From Camelus ferus (lineage: Eukaryota): a DNA stretch of 64,000 nucleotides. Every line of letters begins with the position of its first letter. The first letter of the stretch is position 1. The stretch spans positions 46,130,001-46,194,000 of the forward strand of contig NC_045707.1 of assembly GCF_009834535.1 (NCBI RefSeq). The letters run 5' to 3'. This document shows positions 11,775-23,120 of this stretch, piece by piece. The translations under genes were made by a program, and so were the position numbers. Under the pieces are notes generated by a model. The model did not search any database. It was not told the origin of the DNA and saw only the letters and a program-made list of their open reading frames with translations.

Positions 11775-13030
11775 AGTTCATTCCTTCGACAAAGACTAAG
11801 TTGCTCCATGTGTCAATCACTGTTCTGGGTGGTACAGTGAGCACAACAGAGACTCCCCCCTTGGAGGTTACTTAGCGACAGGGAGAATGGAAGTCAAGGA
11901 GGTGACCTCGGATGGTGATAAGTGAGGAGGTGACAACTGAGCTCTCAGGAATGACCCAGCCATGTGGACTTCTGGGGGAAGAACGCTCCAGGTAGGGGGC
12001 ACAGCCGGGGGGAAGACTAGGGCGAGAGCAAGCTTGGCACACTGACGGAACAGACAGAGGCCCGGGTGGGAGAGTAACAGTGAGAGGAGAGGGCGTAGGA
12101 GAAGTGGCTGGGTCATAGTGGGCTACTAAAGCATGGTAAGGAGGTGTTCTGTTTTGGGGCCCTCCTAAACTATCCACGTCTCAGTTCCAGAACCTGTAAA
12201 TATGTTACCTTACGTGGTAAAAGAAACTTTGCAGATGTGATTAAGTTAAAGACCTTGCGATGGGGTGAACATCCTGGGTGACCCAGGTGAGCCCGCTGTA
12301 ATCACAAAATGTCCTTTGAAGAGGGAGGCAAGAGGACCAGAGAGGGTGAGGAAGGGGCCCCAAGCTGAGGAAGGCAGGAAGGTCGAGAGGCTAAAAAAGG
12401 CAAGGAAACAGAACCTCCTCTGAAGCCTCCAGAAGGAGCACAGCCCTGCAGACACCTTGATTATAGATTTCTGATCTCCAGAACCGAAAGAGAATACATT
12501 TGTGTAGTTTTATGCTGCCAAATTGTGGTGATTTGTTACAGCAACAATAGGAAACGAATACAGGCTCCTAATTCTGAAATGCAGTGGTAAGCTACTGGAG
12601 GGTTTTAAGCAGGAGAGTGATGGGGTCATATTTAGTTTTTAAAAGAATAGGTTGTTGGGAGGTAGGAGGGGCAGCAGGGAGGCCACTTAGGAGATGGTGG
12701 CAGTAATCTCAGGAGAGGCCCGGATTAGGGTCGTGGCAGCGGGATGGAGAGGACTGAACAGACTTTGGTGACAGTCAGTGAGAATCGCTCAGTGGCTGAT
12801 GGCATGGTTGTGGGGATACAGAGAAAAAGAAATCAAGGGTGATGCTGAATTTGGGCAATGCCACTGGGTGCTATTTATCGAAACGGGGAAGATAGGACAA
12901 GGGATAGATTCAGGGGGGAAATTACGCATTCTGTTTTGGACCTGTTAAAACTTGAGATGCCTATTAGACTTGCAAATCTATATCGAATAAGCAGGTGAAT
13001 GTATCAGCAGAAGTCTCAGAGGAGAAATCT
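11775..13030 (-). mobile_element. L2a 3' portion, interrupted by an MLT1D-like LTR
   Basis: TTCATTCCTTCGACAAA tail; GGAGGTGACAACTGAGC; GGAGGGTTTTAAGCAGGAGAGTGA; TTGAGATGCCTATTAGAC. Confidence 0.8.
12145..12562 (+). mobile_element. MaLR solo LTR (MLT1D-like)
   Basis: TG...CA ends; AACCTGTAAATATGTTACCTTACGTGGTAAAAG...TTTGCAGATGTGATTAAGTTAAAGACCTTG...TTTGTTACAGCAACAATAGGAAACGAATACA. Confidence 0.9.
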
Positions 13031-13779
13031 GCACGTTCCCTCAGCGCTGGACAGGGCTTGCCTTCCCACAGGATGTCTCCAGTGCTTGCCGTCACTGACA
13101 GATTAGCTGGGTGACTAAGCGACCCACTGTGGCGTTTCGTTCCATGTTTTTATCTTTTATCCTGGGCTCATTTTTCATTGCCTACTCAGTGTAAGCTGAA
13201 TGAGCAATTAACAGTCTAAAAAGAGGCCCAGTGTGTTTGATAACCAAAGAGCGATAGAAAACAATTTAGATTAATTTGTGCCCCAATTGTGTACGATTAT
13301 TTAGTGCTTTTTCAGAGAGCTAAACGGATTTCGTGAATTTTAATTGATGTTTAACTTTTAATTGTGTTCGTGTAGGGTGGCTAGTTGGAACCATGCCCAA
13401 GAAGATTGATGAGGGTGCACACACGTGCATGCACAGGCCTCCCTAGGGCCAGCCGGGGAGAGAAGAGCTGGGAGTGATGGGTGGGTAATCCTGCAACACG
13501 TTTGTTTTCAGAAAAGTGAAAAATTATCAAATGCTTTGGTTTTCTCTTCATCTTAAATAATAAAAAGTTTACTGTTACTCTCTTTTCTTGATGTTAATGG
13601 TTATTTATTTTCTTAAGAAAAGTTAAATTGTATTGTAAAGGGGGCTAGGTTGTTACCTACAATGGGAAGAATTCTGATTTGCAGAAGTTTATGGTTCAGT
13701 TTGTGAGCCGAATCAACAATCAAAATGTTTCCTGAACATCCTTCCTCTGTGAAGTACTTTGCTAAGCGCTGAAAAGGGG

Positions 13780-14293
13780 TAATTAGGATGCTTTTTGGCC
13801 AACTCATTGGCTTAAGCAATAAGGAAATTTGTTGTCTTACGTAAGAAGTAGGGCAGCCTCCAGGCACAATATGTCAGGTTTCTGCTTTCCTCTGTGATCC
13901 TCATGGCTCTGCCCTCCTGTTTTTGATGGGTGCATCTTTAGGTCAGGAGCAAAATGGCTGCATTGATACCAGGCATCACATCCAAATCTGCTAATATCCA
14001 AAGGAAAAAGAAAGGCTTTCTCTTCCTTGAGTGTCTTTTTGTTTGTTTGATGGAGATACTGGGGATTGAACTGTGGGCATGCTAAGCATGCAGCTCTAGC
14101 ACTGAGCTATACCCTCCCCTCCCTGGACACCTACCCACTACGCTTCACTGAGTGTCTTAAATGCGAAATAATCTTTCTTATAAGCCCCTCAGCAGACCTT
14201 GCTGACATCCCGTGCACTGGGGTCAGGTCACATGTCCTTTTGTAAGCCAGTCACTGGCGGAGGAAGTGGAAATGACCATGATTGGCTCAGACC
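13780..14293 (-). mobile_element. MaLR LTR (MLT1J/K-like), split by a SINE and MER58A
   Basis: GGCTTAAGCAATAAGGAAATTT...CAAAATGGCTGC...CCAGGCATCACATCC...GGTCACATG. Confidence 0.65.
14038..14123 (-). mobile_element. Camelid tRNA-derived SINE (Vic-1-like)
   Basis: GGGGATTGAAC...CATGCTAAGCATGCA...CACTGAGCTATACCCTCCCC; TSD TGAGTGTCTT at 14028-14037 and 14149-14158. Confidence 0.85.
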
Positions 14294-14489
14294 AGGGGTT
14301 GACAAACTACTGCTCCCCACCTATTTTATCAATGAAGTCTTCTTGGCACAAGCCACGCCCATTCATTTACATATTGCCTGTGGCGGCTTTCACACTACAG
14401 CAGCAGGATTGAATAGTTGGAACGGAGATCCTCTGGCAGAGGCTAAAATATCTGCCATCTGCCTGTAACAGGAAAACGGCAGATCCCTG
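14294..14489 (-). mobile_element. MER58A-like hAT-Charlie element
   Basis: CAGGGGTTGACAAACTAC...CCACGCCCATTCATTTACATATTGCCTGTGGCGGCTTTCACACTACA...CCCTG. Confidence 0.85.
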
Positions 14490-15043
14490 GCTTAGACTAA
14501 TCATCTGGGATGTGTGGGCGTTGGAGAGTCAAGCACAGCAGCTACTCTAAACACAAAGGAGGTATAGGATGTGGTCCTCTTTCTCAAAGCGATTACTGGG
14601 GGAAATGATAATTTAATATGTTTTAAAAAGCTACAGCTGCTGGTTACTAGTTTAAGACTCAAATGAATAGTGTCCCATAAATACTTATAATTGGAAACTA
14701 TCTTTCCTTTCACTGCAAAGTAAGGGGGAAAAACCCTCTCCACACATTTATCATGCTTCATTCCAAAGAAATTATAAAAGTGAGCATCAGATAAAGAACA
14801 CCTAAGGACATAAAAGCAATTTTTTTTTAATTCTGGGAAAGCATAGTAGTAGTATTCAAAAAGCAAGTCTATGCCATTTTTAAGAAATCATCCTCAAAAG
14901 GAGAAGGAAGCAGTAATGTTGAAAATTAACCCAGTGAGGGCAGTTCTCAACTCTTATTTTGCATCCCTTTCTTCCTCTATGGCAAGTGATCTAGAAACCA
15001 AAAAAGAGCAGACAAAGCAAGCACATTTAAAATATTTGTGGAT

Positions 15044-15480
15044 GGGCAACATGAAGGATCCTTGTGATGGTAGAACTGTTCATTCTGTATCTTGACTGGG
15101 TACATTCTACACAGGTGATGATGTTGTGTAGAAGTTACACACACACACACACACAAATGAGTGCAGGTAAAACTAAGGCAGTCTGAGGAAAATGGGGGGA
15201 TTGTATGAATGTCCGTATCTGTCCTTGTGATATTATACTCTGGTTTTAGAAAAACCATTGAGGGAAACTGGGCAAAGTGTACAGGGATTGCTGTGTATTA
15301 CTTTTTTTTCTTTTTTGGTGTTCTTTTTTATTGAAGTATAGTCCATTTACAATGTTGTGCCAATTTCAGCCATACATATACATACATATATTCATTTTCA
15401 TATTCTTTTTGTATTATTTCTTACAACTGAATGTGAATCTATAATTATCTCAATAAAACTTTCAATTAAATTAAAAATAA
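15044..15480 (+). mobile_element. Old L1 3' end (L1MC1/2-like) with a nested younger antisense L1 tail at about 15304-15409
   Basis: GGATCCTTGTGATGGTAGAACTGTT...ACACACAAATGAGTGCAGGTAAAACT...TTACAACTGAATGTGAATCTATAATTATCTCAA; insert TTATTGAAGTATAGTCCATTTACAATGTTGTG flanked by TGTATTA(C/T)TT. Confidence 0.85.
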
Positions 15481-15559
15481 ATGAGTTAAAGGACATTGAA
15501 ACCCTGGATAGGTGGAAAGATAGTAAGAAAGCCCTGTGTGATTACGTCCCAGATGTAAG

Positions 15560-16270
15560 GGAGCTGACCAACTATTAGCAAATTTTGAGAAGTTGAGCAG
15601 AATAGGAGTATTGTCCAAAAATGGGAAAATGTTGCTCCATTTTTTTCACAAATGGTCTTTGGCATTTCACTTAATCTCTGACAAGTTTAGACTAGGTTCT
15701 CAAATAGATGACAGTGATTTGAAAATAATAAAGAGATCCCTGGGAGCCAGTAAGTGCTCGCTGAGAACATTCATCATGGTAACCTGACCCAGAGAACAGT
15801 GTACAGTTAGTGAATCTTAATTTTAACAAAGCACTCACAAAACCCTCTTATCAAATTTTTGAAAATAAGATTATACAGTTAGCTGGAGATAGCCCAGTGA
15901 GTTTTTTATTTTTTATTTTTTTCTGGAGAATGTTGATTCTGTTGGTTTTAGGTCACAAGAAAAAAAAAAGACAATAGTGAAGAACCATTTTTATCAGTAG
16001 CTTGAATAAAAAGACGTCAAAAAATTCGCAGATGATGTAAAGGTCTCAAAAGGATACTTCATTATGCTAAATGGCAACTTCGTTTCAGAATTTTATGGAA
16101 GTACTGGGAAAATGGGCTCAAACTAATAAAACTAAAGATAATTTTTTGTATTAAAAAGCAACATTTAGTCTTATGTTTAGTTTTAAAAGAATAATCATAA
16201 ACATGCAAGGTGGAAGAAGAATAGCTGCATGGCAGTTCATGTGAGAAAAAGCCCAGAGGGATTTAATTGA
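15560..16270 (+). mobile_element. Ancient L3/CR1 LINE remnant, reverse-transcriptase region
   Basis: Conceptual translation gives LNFNKA at 15816-15833 (cf. CR1 LDFSKA) and KFADDVK at 16022-16042 (cf. KFADDTK); downstream GGCAGTTCATGTGAGAAAAAG is L3-like. Confidence 0.7.
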
Positions 16271-16709
16271 TGCTATAATGGGCTAGTCCTTGCCACATAG
16301 AGGAGACAACTGGGAGTAAACCAGGACCTCCTGTGGGCAGAGTCTGGGAGAGAATGACAGGTTGGACTGGGGCGGGATGGGGAGGGGAGGTCAAGGGCCA
16401 GAGGGGGTTGTACCCAAGGGAGTGACCTATGACTGGATTTTGAAGTAACCAAGCTGTAATGGACAGAGTTCCTTCAAGGGGAAGAAAATGATGTCAGAAG
16501 CAATAAAAGGGCTGGTAGGAATTACGTAGAGGTTCACGGACTGGACTTTAATCCTCTCTGAGAACTGAGGGGAGCCCAACTTTCAGGGCTCCAGGAAGAA
16601 GGGAAGCCCTTCAGTAAGGCCAAGGAATGGGGCTACACTGGGGAAAGTGTGCCGTTAAGGACACTGTCTTTGGGGTCTGCAGAAATATTCTCTATCCTCC
16701 CTTTCTTCC

Positions 16710-16850
16710 TGTGGGTGTCTGGGACAGGTTCCTTGACATTTCTGAGGCTTGGGTTTTGCATCTGTTCAATGGGAATGGTAATAATATCTGTTTCCCAGAG
16801 TTGTTGGGAGAATTTAATGTGGTTTATTAAATGATTAGTGCAGCTCCTAA
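16710..16850 (+). mobile_element. MIR SINE fragment
   Basis: CTGAGGCTTGGGTTTTGCATCTGTTCAATGGGAATGGTAATAAT. Confidence 0.7.
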
Positions 16851-16954
16851 ATTGTACCATAGAAATCCCGTTAGGCACTTTGGGCTCTGTTTATAGATAG
16901 TGAGATGCAGACGAATTCCACAACATGTTTAGCTATTAAGAGGGGTTTCCTATT

Positions 16955-17130
16955 GCAGTGACTTTGAATCCTGGCTGTACATTAGAATCATAGGAGCTTT
17001 AAAAAAATACTGAATTTTAAAAGAAGACCCAGGTTGATTGAACCAGAATCTCTGGCATTAGAATAATTCATTAGTAATTTTTAAAGCTCTCCGGATGATC
17101 CTAGCATGCAGCTAGCATTGACAGCCATTG
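16955..17130. mobile_element. MER5B-like hAT-Charlie element
   Basis: CCTGGCTGTACATTAGAATCA...GAACCAGAATCTCTGG...TTTTAAAGCTCTCCGGATGATCCTAGCATGCAGC. Confidence 0.75.
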
Positions 17131-17829
17131 TCTAATTATAGCCTCAATCCTTGTTGTCACTGGCTCAGAGCCTTACTAAATCTGCAGGTGGCCACCCTGC
17201 TGGAGACAGTTGAGTGGGGCTGTGGCCGGTGGACACTGACAGTCAACACTAATCTTGAGAGGAGTCGACAGAGAAGGGAAGCTGCTAAGAATGAAAAACC
17301 ACAAACACATCCATCTGCTTGAAAAGCACTGCCTGGAGCAGGGAAAGCACAGGCTCCCTGAACTCAGCTGATCAAGGCACATATGGAAGGTTGGAGTCCC
17401 TTTCAAGGGGATACACAAGAGAGCAGACACAGTCTTTCCCAGGCTGTCGGGCTGAGCTGGGAAGAGTGGCAGTGTTAAGACAAGCATTGCCGTCTGCTGG
17501 AGCAGATCACAGGCACAAGCCCGTGCCATGCATTAGCAGTCTGGGGAGAACACAGTGTATTGGGGGGAGGAGATACTTCAAGTTCAGGGAGAAGAGCAAA
17601 GGGTCAAGAGCTGAATTTTGATGAGTATCCTGTCACGCTGCTGAGATACAAACACTGAAAGGTAGAAACAGGGTTGCCTGATGGAGATAGAACATGCATG
17701 TGTCGTGGAAAGTCGAGAAGCAAATTCCACAGACACCAAACAGCTGGCACACTTCCCTGGGTCAAGGGCGTGTTCTTAAAGCTCCAGCAGAACATGCAGT
17801 AGGAGGTGAGTAGGAACAGAGACTGTGTC

Positions 17830-18310
17830 TCACTGAACTTGAATAATCAAAGAACTGAGGTTGTTCAGCTTAGAGAAGGCTGCATGGCTGAGTGGGGTGA
17901 GAGCTGTCTCAAGACACTTGTGAAAGGGTGTTTTGGACCACAGAGTAGACATTACAGGGAACCAGATTTTTTTTAAGAATATATTTTATTTATTTATTTA
18001 TTTAATTTATTTTTGTTGGGGCAGGTAATTAGGTTTATTGATTTATTTATTTTAATTTGGGGAGGTAGGTGATTAGGTCATTTTGAGGGAGGAGGTAATT
18101 TTTATTTATTTTCATGAAGGTACAGGGGATTGAACCCAGGACCTCGTGCATGCTAAGCATGCACTGTACCACTGAGCCCTACCCTCTCCCTGTCAGACTT
18201 TTGTTCAATACTCAGAAACTGTTTTAGCATCAGGAATCAAAGTTAGAATAAGATTATGTCTTGTGAGATGGTAAACTCCCTGTCACTAGACGAATTCAAG
18301 CTGATGCTGT
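17830..18310 (+). mobile_element. L3/CR1 3' fragment, interrupted by a SINE
   Basis: GAACTGAGGTTGTTCAGCTTAGAGAAG...GAGATGGTAAACTCCCTGTCACTAGACGAATTCAAGC. Confidence 0.6.
17966..18191 (-). mobile_element. Camelid tRNA-derived SINE (Vic-1-like) with extended tail
   Basis: GGGGATTGAACCCAGGACCTCGTGCATGCTAAGCATGCACTGTACCACTGAGC with a long AT-rich tail. Confidence 0.9.
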
Positions 18311-18896
18311 AAAAGGGTTACTGGTATTAAGTGGGCAATAGGACTAGGTCCGTACGAGGGCTTCAAGTTCCCCACTCTTAATTCAGCAGGCCTGAATCAA
18401 CTTTTGTTTGATAAGTTGTTGTGGTGCATTATAGGATTTTATTTTTTGAAGGGTTATTCCCCTCTCTCTCTCCCCACAAAGTATGAGAAAGCTGAATTGG
18501 TATGATTGTTTGATTTCTATTATAAGGAAAGAAGCTGTGACAAATATTTGGACAACAGAGGGCTACTTGTTTGCATAACCAACCAAGAGATTCAAACATT
18601 TAGGTAAATGAGGACGATGGTTTTAATGCAGGTGGCGTGCCTTGGAGAGCCCGTAAGACTTTTCTTGGTCCAGTACTTTGGGAAGCATCGTTGGGTATTC
18701 TTTTTTTAAGCCTTTTAAAGCTATTTCATATTCAACTCAACAAACGTTTTTAGTACCTAACAAATGTGAGGCATCACCTGTACTGTGTCTGTTGAAACCC
18801 TTCTCTGCTCTAAACTTCTACATATTGGAAGTTCATCTCTGCATCAGCAGCATCTTCCACATTTGAAAACAGAGTCACAGCACGACAGATGTATAC

Positions 18897-19485
18897 AGTG
18901 ATGACATTTGCTGGTTGCTTCCCCAGCATATCTCCTTTCTATCTTCCTAATAGCCCTGTTTCCATTTAGGAAGTCTGTGAGTTTGTGGGGAAGCTGACTA
19001 TTGCTTGATTAGGGGGTGTAGTGTGTGTGTCAGGCTAAGCTAGTTTGTATATTATGTCCCCCTTATGCACATTATATCCCTCCCCCCACCCCACCCTGGG
19101 TAAGGTCAAAAGAAGTCACAGGACCTAATCTGGACTAATCAGAGCATTTCTGGATTGTCACTGAGAAGGTTGGGGTAAAGAAATACTCTTTATAAGCAAA
19201 TACTTTTCTTGCTTGTCTTGAGCAAGAAATGTGAGTCCTGGGAGCTGTAGGTGGTAGCTATCTGGCAACTGTGATAAGGCTAGTTTGAGAATGAGCTGAC
19301 AATAAGAAAGGCAGAGTGGAGAAACAGAGAAAATTGAGTCTCTGGTGACATCACCTAGCTGCTAGATTAAACTGCCTGGAGCCAAAACTACCTCTAGACT
19401 TTGCAAACATACAACTTTCCTTTGCATTTAAACCAGTCTGATTTAGGTCTTCTTTGACTTAGAGCCAAAAGATTCCTTAGTGATC
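18897..19485 (+). mobile_element. MaLR LTR (MLT1K/L-like)
   Basis: GGCAGAGTGGAGAAACAGAGAAAATTGAGTC...CTACCTCTAGACTTT...TTTAAACCAGTCTGATTTAGGTC...GAGCCAAAAG. Confidence 0.7.
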
Positions 19486-19959
19486 AATATGGTGGTTATT
19501 TTTCGGTGGTGGAGTTACAGGTTTCATTTTACCAATTATTTAACTGTAGTTGCTAAATTATTTATAGTTAGGATGGATTACTTTTATAATAGAAAATAAC
19601 AGCAACAAACAGTCTACTAATTACTGCATTTAATCATAGCATCCACATTGTCTGAAAGTTATTTATCTAGAAAGCAGACATTCTTAACTAGGGCTAAGCC
19701 AAGACCCATAGCTTAGCTAATCTATCTTTGCATCAGACGGAGCACTGATGGTGTCCTGCACTGTTGATAATTATTGTACTGCTGATAACTCATTTGTTTT
19801 GTTTGTTGGTCCACTCTAGTTGGTTTTTTTTTTTTTGGTTGGGGGAGCAGTAGAGATACTTGTTTATTTTTTGAGCAGTGGAACTCAAACGAACTCAGTG
19901 CTGTCCTCTTGACTTATAAAAAAATACGTATTTGTAGTTGATTTAAAAGTAATAGATAT

Positions 19960-20425
19960 ATAAAATTTAAAAAGTGACAAGTAAACTGCAAGAAAAAAAT
20001 AAGATAGGAGGAGCCCTACAGATTTAGAGATTTAAAAGACATCTGAAACAATCACTATATGTGGACCTTATTTGAATCCTGATTCAAACAAACTGTTAAT
20101 AAAAACCTCCAAAGTTAAGATTTATGAGAAATTTAATCACTGGGTATTTGAAGCTAATATTAAGGTGATACTATTGATTTTTTTTTCAGTTATAATAGTG
20201 GTATTGCTTTTGTGTTTTTAAAGACAGAGTGTATGTCTATTAGCAATAGTGAGATATTTACAGATGAAATAATATGTCTGGGATTTGCTCCAAAATAATA
20301 CAGAAGGGAGGAATTTGAGTGGGAATATAGATGAAACAAAATTGGTCCTGAATTGATAATTGCTGAAGCTGAGTAATGAGTATATAGTGGTTATTAACCT
20401 ATTTTTATCATGAAAATAATTAAAA
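19960..20425 (+). mobile_element. Old L1 3' end (L1MC4-like)
   Basis: GTGGACCTTATTTGAATCCTGATTCAAACAAAC...TATTTACAGATGAAATAATATGTCTGGGATTTGCTCCAAAATAAT. Confidence 0.85.
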
Positions 20426-20659
20426 TATAAGGATTCCCTTAACTTCCTTTCTAGTGGTAATCAGTATTAACGATTAGATACATATTTTTCCCAGAAAATT
20501 TTTAGATATATGAATTGCGGAGAGAAAGGAGGGTAGTGGAGAAGGTGGTTTTGTTTTGATTTTGTTTAAGTAGATAGACTGATCACACATGTTGGGCTAC
20601 AACTTTGGTGTTTGGAGGGGGAGGGGAGCTTAATATATCATGGATACTTTGCTATTTAA

Positions 20660-20833
20660 TTTTTTTTCTTTTAAGTTGAAGTTTAGTGGATTTACAATGT
20701 TGTGCTAGCTTCTGGTGTACAGCATAGTGATTCAGTTTTTTATACATATATTATATTCTTTTTCATTGTGGGCTATTACAAGATACTGAATGTAGTTCCC
20801 TGTGCTATACATTAGGATCTTGTTGTTTATTTG
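20660..20833 (-). mobile_element. Young lineage L1 3' end with TSD
   Basis: TTGAAGTTTAGTGGATTTACAATGTTGTG...GTTCCCTGTGCTATAC; TSD TTTGC(T/A)ATTTAATTTT at 20648-20663 and 20834-20849. Confidence 0.9.
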
Positions 20834-21699
20834 TTTGCAATTTAATTTTATATTGGAGCTGTTGATGATTCTTTTTCCCGAAAGAGAACAAAACATTTTG
20901 CTTCTGTAACAGTGTAGCCCCTGCACCTGTGGGGATGATTTTGGCTTTTTGTAGGGGGTACCTGCTTCTGAAGCCTGGAGTTCCAATGAACTTTGACTGG
21001 AGCTTTAACTGTGCTGGCATAGGGGCCCCATATGAGGCATCCACTCCAACCTCCTCCTCAGGATTTTGCTGTTAGACAGCAGTTGTAAAACCTGTTGGAA
21101 ACTCAGCTCTCAGATGCCTGCTGTTTGGGGGCCAAACATTTACGAAAGCTAGAAAAAGCATTGTTAAATTCTTGTTTTTTTTTGTGATTTTATATAATGC
21201 AAACTCTTAGTAACTTGTACATCGATTGGTGAGAGAATTCCTGTGAGATGGTTTGTTTTTTAAAAGAATAGGGTGGATGGGTAGGCGCCCAGCCTGGCCT
21301 CCACGATGGAGCTGCCTGTTGTTATGATGCTGGGAAACGGCCACAGTTTAATCCCAGCGCCCCTTGCACACGTTCCTCTTACCCCACTGGGAGAAAGAAA
21401 GGCAGTGTAAGCTAGAATACCTTCCCTTCCTCCTTTACCCTTGAGGATCACAACAAATCATGCTTTTCATGACATGTTTTCAAAGTGCTTTAAAATACTG
21501 GTATCATCATTTCATCTCTTATCGAGTATTTTTAGAGTAACTACTCTGTGCCAGTCATGGTACCTGGCCTTGGGAGCAGGGAATGCAGAATAAATCAGTT
21601 TTCACATCGTTGTAGTCTGGGTGGAAATTCTGAGGTTGGGCATGGGGAAGGATGGATCTATGATTAGAGTGGTGAGTGTTATTCAATGGCATCTTTGTG

Positions 21700-21945
21700 T
21701 ACGTAGGTTCATCACTGTGTGTGAAGTGCCTTTCTAAGAATTTTGTATCAATTATCTCATTTAATACTCATAGCAAACCTTATGAAGTATGTGCTCTTAT
21801 TACTTCCCTTTTATAGGTAGGAAACGAAAACACAGAAAGATGAAATAATTTACTAGAAATCACACAACTAAAAAGTGGTGCAATCTGGATTTAAACTCAG
21901 ACAGTCCAACTCCAGAATCTGGGCTCATTATGGAATCACTACTAA
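21700..21945 (-). mobile_element. MIR SINE
   Basis: TTATCTCATTTAATACTCATAGCAAACCTTATGAAGTA...GGATTTAAACTCAGACAGTC. Confidence 0.8.
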
Positions 21946-22519
21946 GGAAACTTATTGATCACTGATACGTTGTATTAGCGGTTTCCAGGTTTTCTTTTTT
22001 TTTTTTTTAAGATGGTTAATTATTGTTAGCTGTCAGTATCCCTGGAGTCTGCTGGTTTTTCAAGCTGTGAATCATATTGAAGAGCTTTTACAGATACAAT
22101 ATCATATTGCCATTGGGGATCAGAACTGACTTCTAGACTTAAAATTGATTAGATTTTTACTGTGTGTTTTGGTACTTTCAGGGGGTGAAATTTTACCCGT
22201 AGTGGGTCTAGAGTCATATCAGAATGAATCTTATTCAGTCACTTGCAGTGTTGTTTCTGGTGGAAGGAAAGCCATTGAGCTGTTATTTTGGCTAAGTCAA
22301 TTTTAGAACTTTCAGTCATTCATCATGAAACTTGCTTAATATGTGAAAGTATTTCCCCATTGTGCATAGATTGTATGGTTTGTACTCAGCAATTCTGCAC
22401 TCTTTCAACTGGGAATCCAGTCTGAAGCTAAGAACTACATGTTACCACAAGCTGGGCTGTATAACCCTCAGTTTGAACCCATAGTGCTCGATTACCTTTC
22501 CTCCCCTTCATTTCATCAT

Positions 22520-22775
22520 AATAATGATGAGAGCTGTCACTCACTGGATGTTGACTATGTCTCAGTCTTTGGATTAAGCACTTTACTTGTATTATCTCAT
22601 TTAATCTTCAAAATAACCCTTTGAGGTAAATCTTGTTATTCACATTTAACAGATGCAGAAGCAAATGCTTAAAGAGATTAAGTTACTTGTTGAAAGTCAC
22701 ATAAATACAAATAGGGACGCAAATCCTGGATGTAAACCCAGGTTCGTCTGCCTCCAAGTCAGTTGATCTCCTATG
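22520..22775 (-). mobile_element. MIR SINE
   Basis: TATTATCTCATTTAATCTTCAAAATAACCCTTTGAGGTA...AGAGATTAAGTTACTTG. Confidence 0.8.
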
Positions 22776-22899
22776 TGGAAGCACTGAGGCAGTCATTGAT
22801 GAGGGAAGATGTCAGAGTGCTATGTGCTTGTAGGAGGCTATGTTTGTATGTAGTTTAATATTAAAAAGCAAGTAACAGTAACTATAGCTTCCTGTGCAC

Positions 22900-23120
22900 T
22901 GGTGAAGTAGAAAGACATCAGACTTTGCATCCTAGCTCTGTTTACGATAAAGATTTTAAACAAATTACAATTTCTCTGATCCTGAGTTCCCTCATCTGTC
23001 AAATAAGGATAATAATCCTTGTTTAATTGTTACAGTAAATTTGCTGTTAGGATTAAATGAGATTATGGAAATGAACGTGCCGAGTAAGTAGTGTACACGT
23101 GTAAGGAATTATTAGCCAGT
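22900..23120 (+). mobile_element. MIR SINE
   Basis: TCCTGAGTTCCCTCATCTGTCAAATAAGGATAATAAT...AGGATTAAATGAGAT. Confidence 0.75.
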
